A stretch of DNA of 60,875 nt from Clostridia bacterium (GCA_017629175.1 JAGBXS010000003.1:1-60875), one strand, 5' to 3'. Shown: positions 10,866-20,458, counted from the first letter of the stretch. Notes: generated by a model from the letters alone, not told the origin. Numbers and translations are program-made.

Positions 10866-12542
10866 ATGATTAACTTGGGGGAAACTGCCTTGAAGATACC
10901 TTTTTTGGGACCGAAAAGCTGTCGCACGCCGGAAGAGAATAAAAAAAGCCTGCTGGAATGCGGCACCTTCTGCATTCTGCTGTTGCTTGCCGCCTGCTTT
11001 ACCTTGGGGCTTTGGGGGGCAAACGTCCTGGAGGAAAACGCCGCGCTGAAGGAAGCGGGTGAGGAGATCTGGGACAGTATGTTCAAGTATATGGTGCTTT
11101 TCTGCGCCTTTGTTTGCTGCTGTCTGGTGATGTACTTCCGTCAGACGGGTACCCTCTCCGAGGAGAAGCTCATCGCCATTCTCTTCGTCATGGCCTTGGT
11201 AGCCCGCTTGGTGTATACCCTGGAGATCGGCATCACCACCAACCAGCACGACGTTTCCAACTTCAACAAATTGGGCAATTACGGACACACCGGGTATATT
11301 CGGTATATCATGGAAGAGGGGATCCCCAATTTTGACGTCATCGGCAAGAGCCAATTCTACCATCCCCCGCTGCATCATATTATTTGTGCGAACTTTATCT
11401 CCTTCCAGGAGGATATCGGCATCTCCTTTGAGGTCGCCATTCAGAACCTGCAGATCCTCACCCTGTTCTATTCCATGGTGACGCTGTACGCCTCCTACCG
11501 CATTATGAAGCTCTTCGGCTTCACAGGGACGGCGCTGTTCCTGCCCATGACGGTTTTGGCCTTCCACCCCACCTTCTATCTGTTCTCGGGAAGCATCAAC
11601 AACGACTGCCTCAGCGTGATGTTTGTGTTCCTTGCGGTTTGGGCGGCCTTGGAATGGCACAAAAAGCCTTCCTTCTTCGGCATCGCCATGCTGGCGTTGT
11701 GCATCGGATGCTCTATGTTCGCCAAGCTTGCCACCGGCGTGGTGGCTCCCGCCGTGGCAATGCTGTTCCTGCACAAGCTGGTAACGGAAAGAGACTGGAA
11801 GGGCAGAGGAACCCTGATCGCCCAGTTTGCCCTCTTCGGGGTGATCTGCATCCCCTTGGGCATCGGCTGGCAGGTGCGGAACTTCCTGCTGTACGATACC
11901 CCCCTCACCTACGTGCCCAAGCTTTCCACCAAGGCGGATCAATACCTTGGCGGCTATACCGTGACAGAGCGGTTCTTCGACTGGGAGTCCTTGAAGGATT
12001 TCGGCGTCTACCCCATGCGGGCAGGTACCCAGGGGGCGGAATATTTTGAGCACTGCATCCCCTTGGCCGTTCTGAAAATGTCCATGTTCGGGGAATATTC
12101 CCGCTGGAAGGACTACCACGTTTACGATGCTTCCTCCAATTTGCTGTTCTGGATGAACGTGATCATCGTCATCGCCACCCTGATCGGCGCGGCGTACTGC
12201 ATTTGGCAGGTGTTCCGCCGTCAGACAGAGGAGCAGTTCACCGAAAAAATGGGATTTGGCAGACTTCCCTGCCTGTTCATTCTGTTCTATTGGGTCACCA
12301 TGCTGATGACCTACGTGCCATTCTGCTTCTCCTATCCCCATTTCTGCTCCATGGACTACCGCTATCTGGTGCCCACTCTGCTGACGGGTGCTGTCTTCTT
12401 AGGCGTCCTGCTGAAGAAAATGGAGCAGGCAGACCCCGCCACCGTTACGGGCAAGCTCCTGATCGGCGGCAAATCCGTTCTCATCGCCGCAACGGCGCTG
12501 TTCGCTATCTGCGCCACCATGATCTATCCCATGTATTATTGA
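10866..12542 (+). CDS. polytopic membrane glycosyltransferase, GT-C fold (ArnT/PMT, family 39-like)
   Basis: 558 aa with at least 10 hydrophobic segments and a YHPPLHH loop motif typical of ArnT/PMT-like enzymes. Confidence 0.5.
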   Translation: MINLGETALKIPFLGPKSCRTPEENKKSLLECGTFCILLLLAACFTLGLWGANVLEENAALKEAGEEIWDSMFKYMVLFCAFVCCCLVMYFRQTGTLSEEKLIAILFVMALVARLVYTLEIGITTNQHDVSNFNKLGNYGHTGYIRYIMEEGIPNFDVIGKSQFYHPPLHHIICANFISFQEDIGISFEVAIQNLQILTLFYSMVTLYASYRIMKLFGFTGTALFLPMTVLAFHPTFYLFSGSINNDCLSVMFVFLAVWAALEWHKKPSFFGIAMLALCIGCSMFAKLATGVVAPAVAMLFLHKLVTERDWKGRGTLIAQFALFGVICIPLGIGWQVRNFLLYDTPLTYVPKLSTKADQYLGGYTVTERFFDWESLKDFGVYPMRAGTQGAEYFEHCIPLAVLKMSMFGEYSRWKDYHVYDASSNLLFWMNVIIVIATLIGAAYCIWQVFRRQTEEQFTEKMGFGRLPCLFILFYWVTMLMTYVPFCFSYPHFCSMDYRYLVPTLLTGAVFLGVLLKKMEQADPATVTGKLLIGGKSVLIAATALFAICATMIYPMYY

Positions 12543-12546
12543 TTTT

Positions 12547-13485
12547 ATGAACGTTCTTGATACCGCGATCAAGGTGCTTTCCATGATGGCCTATGCCATC
12601 CCGGGGTTCCTGTTTGTAAAATGCAAGACCCTCTCCCCAAGCCAGATCGCACCCTTTTCCAAGGTGCTGGTGTATCTCTGCCAGCCCTGCTTGGAGGTCT
12701 ACGCCTTTTTGTCCGCCGATTGCACCCCCGCCCTGCTTTCCAAAATGGGCTGGTTCTTCCTGCTTTGCACGGGAGCACAGCTTGCGGTTTTGGGTGTGGT
12801 GTGCCTGCTTCCCGGGGATCGCAAGGAGACCTGCCGACGGGTTTCCGGCGCCGCCTCGGTGTTCGGCAACGTGGGCTTTATCGGCATCCCCCTTTTGGAG
12901 GCGTTGCTTCCCGCGGAGGTTGCCCCGGTTGCCGTGGCTTTGTCTGCGGTGTTTGCCCTCTCTATGAACCTTTTGGCGTGGACGGCGGGCCTGTTCTTAA
13001 TGACCGGGGAGAAGAAGCACATCCGCCTGAAAGGGCTTCTCCTCAACCCCGCCATGCTGGCCTTCTACGTAGCGTTCCCTCTGTTCCTTATGGGCGTGAA
13101 GCTCCCGGAGGCCTTGGATACCACCGTCTCTCTGGCGGGAAAAATGTCCACTCCCCTTTGCATGATCGCCCTGGGAATGCGGCTGGCGGCAACCCCCTTC
13201 CGCAGGATCGTCACGGACAAATACGCCTGGTTTTCCTGCTTGGGCAAGCTGGTTTGCATGCCCCTGCTGACGCTGGTCTGCCTGAAGCTGTTGCCCTTTG
13301 ACACCTATTTCAACGCCACGCTGTTCCTGCTTTGCTGCTGCCCCACCGCGGCAGTGGTGCAGAATTTCTCGGAGATCTATCTCCCCGAGAACGAAACGGC
13401 GGGCAAGCACACCGCCGCGGACGCTATTTTGCTTTCCAATCTGCTTTGCATCGTGACCATACCGCTGCTTGCGGCGTTGCTGTGA
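12547..13485 (+). CDS. AEC (auxin efflux carrier) family transporter
   Basis: 312 aa and about 10 TM segments. The N-terminus MNVLDTAIKVLSMMAYAIPGFLFVK and overall pattern fit AEC/malate-permease-like proteins. Confidence 0.7.
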   Translation: MNVLDTAIKVLSMMAYAIPGFLFVKCKTLSPSQIAPFSKVLVYLCQPCLEVYAFLSADCTPALLSKMGWFFLLCTGAQLAVLGVVCLLPGDRKETCRRVSGAASVFGNVGFIGIPLLEALLPAEVAPVAVALSAVFALSMNLLAWTAGLFLMTGEKKHIRLKGLLLNPAMLAFYVAFPLFLMGVKLPEALDTTVSLAGKMSTPLCMIALGMRLAATPFRRIVTDKYAWFSCLGKLVCMPLLTLVCLKLLPFDTYFNATLFLLCCCPTAAVVQNFSEIYLPENETAGKHTAADAILLSNLLCIVTIPLLAALL

Positions 13486-13523
13486 GCCAAACATATCCTT
13501 ATCCAAAGGAGATCTATTCATTT

Positions 13524-14324
13524 ATGCGTATCGGTATTTTTGATTCCGGCTTGGGCGGACTCACCGGCTACCGCGCCCTGCGGGAGCTGTTGCCCACCCA
13601 CGATCTGATCTATTTCGGCGACAACGCCCGGGTGCCCTACGGCACCAAATCCGGGGAGGTCATCTGCCGTTTTGCCCTGCAGGACGTGCGGTTCTTGCTC
13701 TCCCAAAGGGTAGAAGCGGTGCTGGTTGCCTGCGGTACGGTGTCCTCCAACGCACTGGATCTGCTGGAAAAAACCTTCCCCCTGCCCTTCGTGGGGGTGG
13801 TGGAGCCCGCCGCCCGCCGCGCCGCAGAGATCGCTTCCCAAAAAAGCGGGAAGATCCTGGTGCTGGGCACCGCCGCTACGGTAGCCTCCGGCGCATATGA
13901 AAAAGCAATTCACGCCATTAATCCCGCTATTGAAGTACGCTCCGTTGCCTGCCCCATGTTCGTGCCGCTGGCGGAAAACGGCTTTACCTCTCCCGAGGAC
14001 ATCGCCGCCTTGGAGATCACAAGACGGTATTTACAGCCCTACGAGGACTTCGCTCCCGACGCCATGATCCTGGGCTGTACCCATTTCCCCCTGCTTTCCG
14101 GGGTGATCGCCAAGGTGCTTCCCGCCCCCGTGCAGGTTTCTGCCGGTGAGGAAGCGGCAAAAACCATGGCGGAAAAGGTTCGTTCCCTCTCCTCCGAAGC
14201 AGGAACGGGAAAAGACCTCTTCTTTACCTCCGACGACCCCGCAGCCTTCCGCCAAAACGCCGCCACCTTCCTGGGGCGTCCCTTGGACGGAGAGGTTTTG
14301 CGCACCGATATCGAAACTTATTGA
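13524..14324 (+). CDS. murI: glutamate racemase
   Basis: MRIGIFDSGLGGLT N-terminus with the catalytic-Cys motifs ACGTVSS and GCTHFPLL. An AAAGGAG RBS precedes ATG 13524. The ORF-track start at 13332 would overlap the transporter gene. Confidence 0.93.
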   Translation: MRIGIFDSGLGGLTGYRALRELLPTHDLIYFGDNARVPYGTKSGEVICRFALQDVRFLLSQRVEAVLVACGTVSSNALDLLEKTFPLPFVGVVEPAARRAAEIASQKSGKILVLGTAATVASGAYEKAIHAINPAIEVRSVACPMFVPLAENGFTSPEDIAALEITRRYLQPYEDFAPDAMILGCTHFPLLSGVIAKVLPAPVQVSAGEEAAKTMAEKVRSLSSEAGTGKDLFFTSDDPAAFRQNAATFLGRPLDGEVLRTDIETY

Positions 14325-14336
14325 AGGAACCTATTT

Positions 14337-14771
14337 ATGAACGTTTCCGTTGAGATCACCAACTACCGCTACGATACCGCCGAGGGCGAGCCCGAGACCA
14401 TCCGCTACAAGGTAAACGGCACCTGCCGCAACTCCCGCGACGGCATCAAGATCGAATACACCGAGCCGGAGCTGACGGGGATGGATCAAACCGTCACCAC
14501 CCTCACCGCTATGAAGGACGGGATTGTTTCCGTCAACCGTGTGGGGCAGATCAACACCCACATGATCTTTGAGGAGGGCAAGATGCACGCCTGCATCTAC
14601 AACACCGGGTATTTCCCCATGCAGATCACCATCCTCACCACCCGTTTGGAAAACGGACTCACCCCCAAGGGCGGCTGTCTGGACGTGGAGTACAGCATGG
14701 AGATCGGCGGCCAGCATTCCGCCAAGAACCGCATGAAGCTGACGGTGACCCCCGTGGGCATCATCTCGTAA
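14337..14771 (+). CDS. DUF1934-like small beta-barrel protein
   Basis: 144 aa; the size and pattern resemble YwiB/DUF1934 proteins of Firmicutes. The assignment is weak. Confidence 0.4.
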   Translation: MNVSVEITNYRYDTAEGEPETIRYKVNGTCRNSRDGIKIEYTEPELTGMDQTVTTLTAMKDGIVSVNRVGQINTHMIFEEGKMHACIYNTGYFPMQITILTTRLENGLTPKGGCLDVEYSMEIGGQHSAKNRMKLTVTPVGIIS

Positions 14772-14785
14772 AGGATTTTGCAAAT

Positions 14786-15694
14786 ATGAAGATCAAAACG
14801 CCATCCGACAACCTGATCCTCCTGCCCATGGAGGTGCTCCCCAGAGTGAAGAACGCCTCCGCCACCGAGCTGAAGGTGCTTCTCTATCTGTATGCAAAAA
14901 AAGAATGCTCCTCCCCCGAGCTGGCACAGCAGCTGGGCATCACCCCTGCCGATGCAGATGCCGCCATTGCCTTCTGGCGCGGGGCGGGGATCTTTGAGGA
15001 GGATACCTCCGTTCCTCAAAAAGCGGTTCCTCCCTCCACCTCTCTGTTCAAGTCCTACGACAGCCAGACCATCGCCTCCTACATGGAGGAGGACACCGCC
15101 TTCCGCTCCTGCACCGATCTGGTGGCAGAGACCTTCGGAGCGGGGATCTTAAACAAAAACGAGCTTTCCTCCCTGCTGTATCTGTACAACTACGTGGGGC
15201 TGCCCGCCGAGGTCATCGGAGGCATCGCGGAATACTGCAAGTCCAAGGGCAAGACCTCCATGCAATACTTAATGAAAACCGCCCTCTCCATGTACGAGAA
15301 GGAGGGCATCGATACCTACGAGAAGTTTGAGCAATACATGATCGTCATGGAAAAGCGGAACGCGGATTCCACCCGTCTGCGCACCATGCTGGGCTTCGGA
15401 GAGCGTGCCCTTTCCGCCAAGGAGAAGGATTTCTTCGCCCATTGGCTGGAGGAGTGGTGTCTGCCCTTCGAGCTGATCTCCCTGGCCTACGAGAAGACGG
15501 TGGACAACCTCCACAAGGTGAACCTGGCCTACATGAACGCCATGCTGAAGCGCTGGTACGAGTGCGGCTTCACCACCCCGGAGGACATCGAGATCGGCGA
15601 TGCCAAGGCCAAGGCGGAGAAATCCTCCGACGCCTCCTACGGAGACAGCGACGCCTTCTTCGACGCGGCTCTGAAGGCCGGATTTGAAGGCTAA
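14786..15694 (+). CDS. DnaD/DnaB-type replication initiation protein (two DnaD-like C-terminal domains)
   Basis: wHTH-like N-terminus (ELKVLLYLY...SPELAQQLGI) and two repeats of the DnaD-domain pattern (ELSSLLYLYNYVGLPAEVI..., EKDFFAHWLEEWCLPFELI...NAMLKRW). It is followed by a helicase-loader gene. Confidence 0.7.
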   Translation: MKIKTPSDNLILLPMEVLPRVKNASATELKVLLYLYAKKECSSPELAQQLGITPADADAAIAFWRGAGIFEEDTSVPQKAVPPSTSLFKSYDSQTIASYMEEDTAFRSCTDLVAETFGAGILNKNELSSLLYLYNYVGLPAEVIGGIAEYCKSKGKTSMQYLMKTALSMYEKEGIDTYEKFEQYMIVMEKRNADSTRLRTMLGFGERALSAKEKDFFAHWLEEWCLPFELISLAYEKTVDNLHKVNLAYMNAMLKRWYECGFTTPEDIEIGDAKAKAEKSSDASYGDSDAFFDAALKAGFEG

Positions 15695-15769
15695 AGCCCG
15701 ATTGAAAAACGGATACTATGATCATTTATGATCGGTTTTGAAGGCTAAATCAAACTGAAGGAGTTTGTT

Positions 15770-16705
15770 ATGACCGTCACACAAGCATTACATATCAAGG
15801 ATAAACAGCGTGCCGAGGCAGAAGCCAAGGCAGAAGCCCGCACCATGGCCCTTTGCAAGGAGATCCCCGCCCTTGGGGAGATCGACCGCAAGCTTGCCGC
15901 CTACGGCCCCGCTTTGGTAGGGTTTGCCATTGCAGGGGACAAGGAGGGACTTGCCCGTTTGGAGCAGGAAAACCTGGAGCTGCAGGAGCGCCGCAAGCAG
16001 GTGCTTGTTGCCCACGGCTACCGTGAAAACGAGGATGCACCCGTGTATCAGTGCCCCGTCTGCTCCGACAGCGGCTACACCAAGGGCTCTCTTTGTGTGT
16101 GCGTGAAGAAGCAGCTCACCCTTTCCGCCTACGCCTCCGCAGGCTTGGGCAAGGGGCTGATCGACAAGACCTTTGACAACTTCTCCTTGAAGTATTACAC
16201 CGGTGAGGATCTCACCCGCATGGAGAAGGTGCTTTCCATCTGCAAGGAATACGTGCAGACCTTCACCCCCACCTCTCAGCCCCTTTTGTTCTTGGGCAAG
16301 ACGGGGCTTGGAAAGACCCACCTTTCCGCCGCCATCGCCGGCGGCGTGGCCGCAAAGGGCTACAAGGTGATCTACGAGACCTCCCAGAAGCTGTTCGACA
16401 CCTACGAAGCCGCCCGCTTTGCCAGAGAAAACGCTCCCGACACGGAAAAATACGGGGAGTGCGATCTCCTGCTCATCGACGACTTGGGTGCGGAATGCGG
16501 CTCTCAGTACACCGCGGCAACCTTCTTTAACCTTTTGAACACCCGCCTCATGGAGGGCAAGCCCACGGTGATCAATACCAATCTGAACCGCCCCCAGCTG
16601 GAAAAGACCTACGGGGAACGTGTCCTCTCCCGCCTTTTGGGGGAGTTCCGCGTGCTGCTCTTCACCGGCAGTGACGTGCGGATGCAGAAGCTCGGCGAGA
16701 AGTAA
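15770..16705 (+). CDS. DnaI/DnaC-like helicase loader ATPase
   Basis: Zn-binding CPVCSDSGY...CVC, Walker A GKTGLGKTHL and Walker B DLLLIDDLG. 311 aa. Confidence 0.8.
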   Translation: MTVTQALHIKDKQRAEAEAKAEARTMALCKEIPALGEIDRKLAAYGPALVGFAIAGDKEGLARLEQENLELQERRKQVLVAHGYRENEDAPVYQCPVCSDSGYTKGSLCVCVKKQLTLSAYASAGLGKGLIDKTFDNFSLKYYTGEDLTRMEKVLSICKEYVQTFTPTSQPLLFLGKTGLGKTHLSAAIAGGVAAKGYKVIYETSQKLFDTYEAARFARENAPDTEKYGECDLLLIDDLGAECGSQYTAATFFNLLNTRLMEGKPTVINTNLNRPQLEKTYGERVLSRLLGEFRVLLFTGSDVRMQKLGEK

Positions 16706-16709
16706 GGAA

Positions 16710-16776
16710 CGTTAAGGGGCGCCGCCCCTTATGATCCCCGCCGGGGGCCCGCCCCCGGACCCGGTATTGTGAAGAA
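16710..16776 (+). repeat. GC-rich double-hairpin repeat (family C), copy 1
   Basis: TTAAGGGGCGCCGCCCCTTA plus CCGGGGGcccgCCCCCGG plus ACCCGGTATTGTGAAGAA. It is about 93% identical to the reverse complement of 42287-42355 and related to 41001-41041. Confidence 0.9.
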
Positions 16777-16793
16777 AAAATATTAAAAAACTC

Positions 16794-16869
16794 CCGAAAA
16801 CGGTAGTTTTCGGCAATAAAAGCTTTTTGGAGATTCTTAAGAACCTTTTTCACGAAAAAGGTTCTTAAG
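16794..16869 (+). repeat. composite hairpin repeat (family A/B): CCGAAAAC-n4-GTTTTCGG, linker, CTTAAGAACC..GGTTCTTAAG
   Basis: The same architecture recurs at 18213-18287 and, in both orientations, at 39392-39568. Confidence 0.9.
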
Positions 16870-16881
16870 ACCTTATACCTT

Positions 16882-17319
16882 ATGAAAGAAATCGAACTCT
16901 ACACAGACGGCGCCTGCAGCGGCAACCCCGGCCCGGGTGGCTACGGCGCGGTGCTGAAATACGGAACAACGGAAAAAGAGCTTTCCGGCGGCGACAAGGA
17001 GACCACCAACAACCGCATGGAGCTGATGGCGGCCATCGTGGGGCTGGAAGCCTTAAAGGAGCCCTGCGCCGTGACCCTCACCAGCGACTCCAAGTACCTG
17101 GTGGACGCCATCCAGAAGAAATGGCTGGAGAATTGGCAGAAGCGAAACTGGCGCAAGGCAGACGGCTCCCCCGCCTTGAACCGCGACCTTTGGGAACGAT
17201 TGCAAGCCCAGCTTGACCGCCACCAAGTCACCTTCCGCTGGATCAAGGGCCACGCAGGCCACCCCTACAACGAGCGTTGCGACCGCTTGGCGGTGGAAGC
17301 CATCGAGAAATTCCGTTGA
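16882..17319 (+). CDS. rnhA: ribonuclease HI
   Basis: [32 protein letters not shown] and [11 protein letters not shown] motifs. 145 aa. Confidence 0.9.
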   Translation: MKEIELYTDGACSGNPGPGGYGAVLKYGTTEKELSGGDKETTNNRMELMAAIVGLEALKEPCAVTLTSDSKYLVDAIQKKWLENWQKRNWRKADGSPALNRDLWERLQAQLDRHQVTFRWIKGHAGHPYNERCDRLAVEAIEKFR

Positions 17320-17333
17320 CGGAGACTAATTTT

Positions 17334-18035
17334 ATGAAAACAGTCCTCATTACAGGTGCCTCCGGAGGCATCGGCAGAGCGGCGGCAAAAGCCTTCCACA
17401 GAGAGGGCTACCGCGTGATCCTGCATTACAACAAAAACGAGGAAGCAGTGAAGGCTTACGCCGATGCTTGGGAAAACGCCGTGCTTTACAAGGCGGATCT
17501 TGCCGACTCCGCTCAGGTGGAAGCCTTGGCGGCCGCCTTCCCGGAGACCGACGTTCTGGTGAACAACGCGGCGGTGGATCTGTTCGCCTTGTTTGACTTG
17601 GTCACCGAGGAGCAGGCAAAACAGCTTTACAACGTGAATCTGTACGCGCCCCTCATCCTTTCCCGCAGACTGGTGAAAGGGATGCTCTCCCGGGGAGAGG
17701 GCTGTATCCTGAACGTGTCCTCCATGTTCGGGGAGACGGGGGGAAGCTGTGAGGTGGATTATTCCGTCACCAAGGCGGCTCTCATCGGGCTGACCAAAGC
17801 CTTGGCCAAGGAAGTAGGCCCCGCAGGAGTGCGGGTGAACTGCGTCTGCCCCGGGGTGATCAGGACTCCCATGAACGACCGCTTGACCGTAGAGGAAGCG
17901 GAGGATCTCATGGCGTCCATTCCCCTTGATCGCTTCGGCACCCCCGAGGAGGTTGCGGAAGCACTGGTGTTCTTAGCATCCGACAAAGCGTCCTACATCA
18001 CCGGCGCGGTGCTGGACGTGAACGGCGGGATATGA
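17334..18035 (+). CDS. SDR-family oxidoreductase (3-oxoacyl-ACP reductase-like)
   Basis: TGASGGIGRA cofactor motif, NNAA, and the YSVTKAA (YxxxK) catalytic motif. Start at ATG 17334. Confidence 0.85.
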   Translation: MKTVLITGASGGIGRAAAKAFHREGYRVILHYNKNEEAVKAYADAWENAVLYKADLADSAQVEALAAAFPETDVLVNNAAVDLFALFDLVTEEQAKQLYNVNLYAPLILSRRLVKGMLSRGEGCILNVSSMFGETGGSCEVDYSVTKAALIGLTKALAKEVGPAGVRVNCVCPGVIRTPMNDRLTVEEAEDLMASIPLDRFGTPEEVAEALVFLASDKASYITGAVLDVNGGI

Positions 18036-18041
18036 AAAGAG

Positions 18042-18080
18042 AAAAAGCACTTACGGACGTTTCGCCGTAAGTGCTTTTTT
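18042..18080 (+). terminator. rho-independent terminator of the SDR gene
   Basis: AAAAAGCACTTACGG-acgtttcg-CCGTAAGTGCTTTTTT. Confidence 0.8.
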
Positions 18081-18138
18081 GGTTCGTCTGCCATGCGGGA
18101 GACGAGGTTTGTTTTTCATCCTTTTTATCCCAAGGTTC

Positions 18139-18287
18139 CAAAAACGATTTATCGTTTTTGACGTCAGCGGTATGCCGCAATGAACAGATGAAGGCTGTTC
18201 GCCGACTTGCTCCCGAAAACGACAGTTTTCGGCATTGAATTTCTTTGGAGATTCTTAAGAACCTTTCTTGTAAGAAAGGTTCTTAAG
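18139..18287 (+). repeat. cluster of family A/B hairpin repeats
   Basis: CAAAAACGAtttaTCGTTTTTG followed by GACGTCAGCGG (18139-18170), CCGAAAACgacaGTTTTCGG (18213-18232), and CTTAAGAACCTTTCttgtaaGAAAGGTTCTTAAG (18254-18287). Confidence 0.9.
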
Positions 18288-18303
18288 CGCTCCCCCCAAA
18301 AAC

Positions 18304-18334
18304 AAAAAGAGCCCCTTTCGGAGCTCTTTGTTTT
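18304..18334 (-). terminator. rho-independent terminator of the minus-strand AEC transporter gene
   Basis: The minus strand reads AAGAGCTCCgaaaGGGGCTCTT followed by TTTGTTTTT. Confidence 0.65.
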
Positions 18335-18346
18335 CTTTGAAACCCT

Positions 18347-19291
18347 TTACCCTATCAAGCTATACACCCAGAAGACCAAGGGGATGGTTGCCACGGAAAG
18401 CAGGTGGGAGATCAACGCCATGCCTGCGGCGGCGGAGGTATCCTGCCCGTAGGCGGCGGGAATGACCACGGGGCTGAGCCCCAAGGGCATGGCCACGGCG
18501 CACAGCACGCAGAGGGAGATATCCGCAGGCAGAGGCAACACCCACAAAAGTGCCATGAACACCGCGGGGAAGGCCAGCAAGCGGATAAAGGAGGCCAGAT
18601 ACACCGACTTGTCCGTGAAGGTCTTCTTCAGATCCAGGGAGGAAACGGTCATACCCGTCAGCAGCATGGCCACGGGGGACATACAGCCTCCCAGGGAATC
18701 CAGCCCCGCCCCCACGAAGTCCGGCAGGGGGACGCCCGTAAGGCCTAAGATCATGCCCACCAGCATGGCGGCGAACATGGGGTTCACCAGCCGTTTCAGA
18801 GAGGAGAGGAGGGATTTCTTTTCCCCTTCCTTCCCGGGGATCAGCAAAGCGGGCACGCCCCACAGATAGATCATCACCCAAAGAGGCAAAACGAACACCA
18901 GATAATTCCCGAACACCCCGGGGAACAAGGCCAGCACCACCGCGTTGCCCATAAAGCCGAAGTTGGAGAAGGACAAGCCGTAGGTGTAGATCTTGCGGGT
19001 GTAATCGTCCTTAGCGCAAAGCTTGGCAAGCAGAATGGCGGCGGGGATGGAAAGCCCGATTACCACGGAGCCCCCTGCCAGGAAGGTCCAGGCACTGCCA
19101 AAGCTCTCCGGGGTAAAGCCCTTCCAGAAGGTGGAAAGCACCAAGGCGGGGATGAACACGTTGTTTTCCATCTTGGAAAGCACACTCGCCCCCGAGGCGG
19201 GAACGGCACCCAGGCGGGAGACCACGTATCCGATGAGAATGAACGCCATCAGAACGCTCATCTGCTGTAAGGTAGAAAGAAAAACCTCCAT
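18347..19291 (-). CDS. AEC (auxin efflux carrier) family transporter
   Basis: 314 aa from ATG 19291 (MEVFLSTLQQMSVLMAFILIGYV), polytopic. It is a paralogue-like match to the 12547 gene. Confidence 0.7.
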   Translation of the reverse strand: MEVFLSTLQQMSVLMAFILIGYVVSRLGAVPASGASVLSKMENNVFIPALVLSTFWKGFTPESFGSAWTFLAGGSVVIGLSIPAAILLAKLCAKDDYTRKIYTYGLSFSNFGFMGNAVVLALFPGVFGNYLVFVLPLWVMIYLWGVPALLIPGKEGEKKSLLSSLKRLVNPMFAAMLVGMILGLTGVPLPDFVGAGLDSLGGCMSPVAMLLTGMTVSSLDLKKTFTDKSVYLASFIRLLAFPAVFMALLWVLPLPADISLCVLCAVAMPLGLSPVVIPAAYGQDTSAAAGMALISHLLSVATIPLVFWVYSLIG

Positions 19292-19304
19292 ATGTAGCCC
19301 TCCG

Positions 19305-20318
19305 TCAAACTGAAATTTCCCCTCCGCCCAAAACGGTATCCTCTGCGTAAGCAACGGCGGATTGCCCGGGGGCGGAAACGGCGGTGGGGGTATCAAAACG
19401 GATCTCCGCACCCTCCCCCACGGGGATCAGGGTGGCGGCCGTTTCTTTTTGGTGGTAGCGGGTGCGCACCGTAGCGCGGACGGGTTCTGCGGGGATGCCG
19501 TAAATCCAATGAAAATCCTTCACAAACAGGGATTCCACAGGCAATTCTCCCGCGGTGCAAAGCACCACGCGGTTGTTTTTTGCGTCCTTTTTGCAAACGT
19601 AATGAGGCTCCGGCAGGGCAAGCCCCAGCCCCTTTCTCTGGCCCACGGTGTAGTGGATGATGCCCTTGTGCGTTCCCATGCACTTCCCTGCCCGATCCAC
19701 AAACTCCCCGGCGGGGAACACGTCCCCCAGACGGCTTGTGATAAATCCGGCGTAATCTCCGTCGGGGATAAAGCAGATGTCCTGACTGTCACCGCTTTTG
19801 GCATTTTGAAAGCCCTGCTCCGCGGCAATTGCCCGCACCTCTTCCTTGGTGTAATCCCCCAAGGGGAACTTCACACGGGAGAGCTGTTCTTCGGAAAGAT
19901 TATACAGCACGTAGCTTTGATCCTTGGCGGGGTCTTTGGCTTTTTTCAGCCGATTTTCTTCAATACGGGCGTAATGTCCCGTGGCTAAGAAGTCTGCGCC
20001 CAGCTCCTCTAAGGCATTCCACAATTCCCCGAACTTCAAGTATCGGTTGCAAAGGATGCAGGGGTTTGGGGTCTCCCCACGGCAGTAGGACTGTATGAAA
20101 GGCTCCACCACGCACCGGGCGAACGCCTCCCTGCGGTCAAGGGAGATAAAGGGCATCCCCAGCAGGTCACAGATCGCCTTGGCGTCGTCGGTACGCTCAT
20201 TGCCCCAAAGCTGCATGGTCACGCCGATGCAGTCGTAGCCCTCTTGCTTTAACAAATACGCCGTGACGGCACTGTCCACACCGCCGCTCATGGCCACAAG
20301 CGCCTTACCCTTTCCCAT
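19305..20318 (-). CDS. mnmA: tRNA 2-thiouridine(34) synthase
   Basis: PP-loop VAMSGGVDSAV and CNRYLKFG. Start at ATG 20318 with a GGAGGGA RBS. 337 aa. Confidence 0.93.
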   Translation of the reverse strand: MGKGKALVAMSGGVDSAVTAYLLKQEGYDCIGVTMQLWGNERTDDAKAICDLLGMPFISLDRREAFARCVVEPFIQSYCRGETPNPCILCNRYLKFGELWNALEELGADFLATGHYARIEENRLKKAKDPAKDQSYVLYNLSEEQLSRVKFPLGDYTKEEVRAIAAEQGFQNAKSGDSQDICFIPDGDYAGFITSRLGDVFPAGEFVDRAGKCMGTHKGIIHYTVGQRKGLGLALPEPHYVCKKDAKNNRVVLCTAGELPVESLFVKDFHWIYGIPAEPVRATVRTRYHQKETAATLIPVGEGAEIRFDTPTAVSAPGQSAVAYAEDTVLGGGEISV

Positions 20319-20349
20319 GGGAATCCCTCCTTTTGAATAACTCGTTAGG

Positions 20350-20378
20350 AGTATACCCGTTTTATGCGGGATTGTCAA
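20350..20378 (-). promoter_or_regulatory. candidate sigma-A promoter of mnmA
   Basis: On the minus strand: TTGACA (20378-20373), 17 nt spacer, TATACT (20355-20350). Confidence 0.55.
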
Positions 20379-20458
20379 GAAGGAAATGGGATTTTCGGCA
20401 GAAGGCGGCGTGCAACACCGTCCCCGCAGCTTTTTTCTATACTTCTTCCTCCCCTCTC

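Noticed and set aside
13332-13523. Upstream extension of murI, and analogous N-terminal extensions in the ORF track for ribF, the dac-like gene, the SDR gene, AEC2, mnmA, scpB, the PPTase, nusB, dnaA, the flavoprotein and the sigma factor
   Set aside because: The extensions overlap the preceding gene or lack an RBS. Internal ATGs with Shine-Dalgarno sequences coincide with the conserved protein N-termini.
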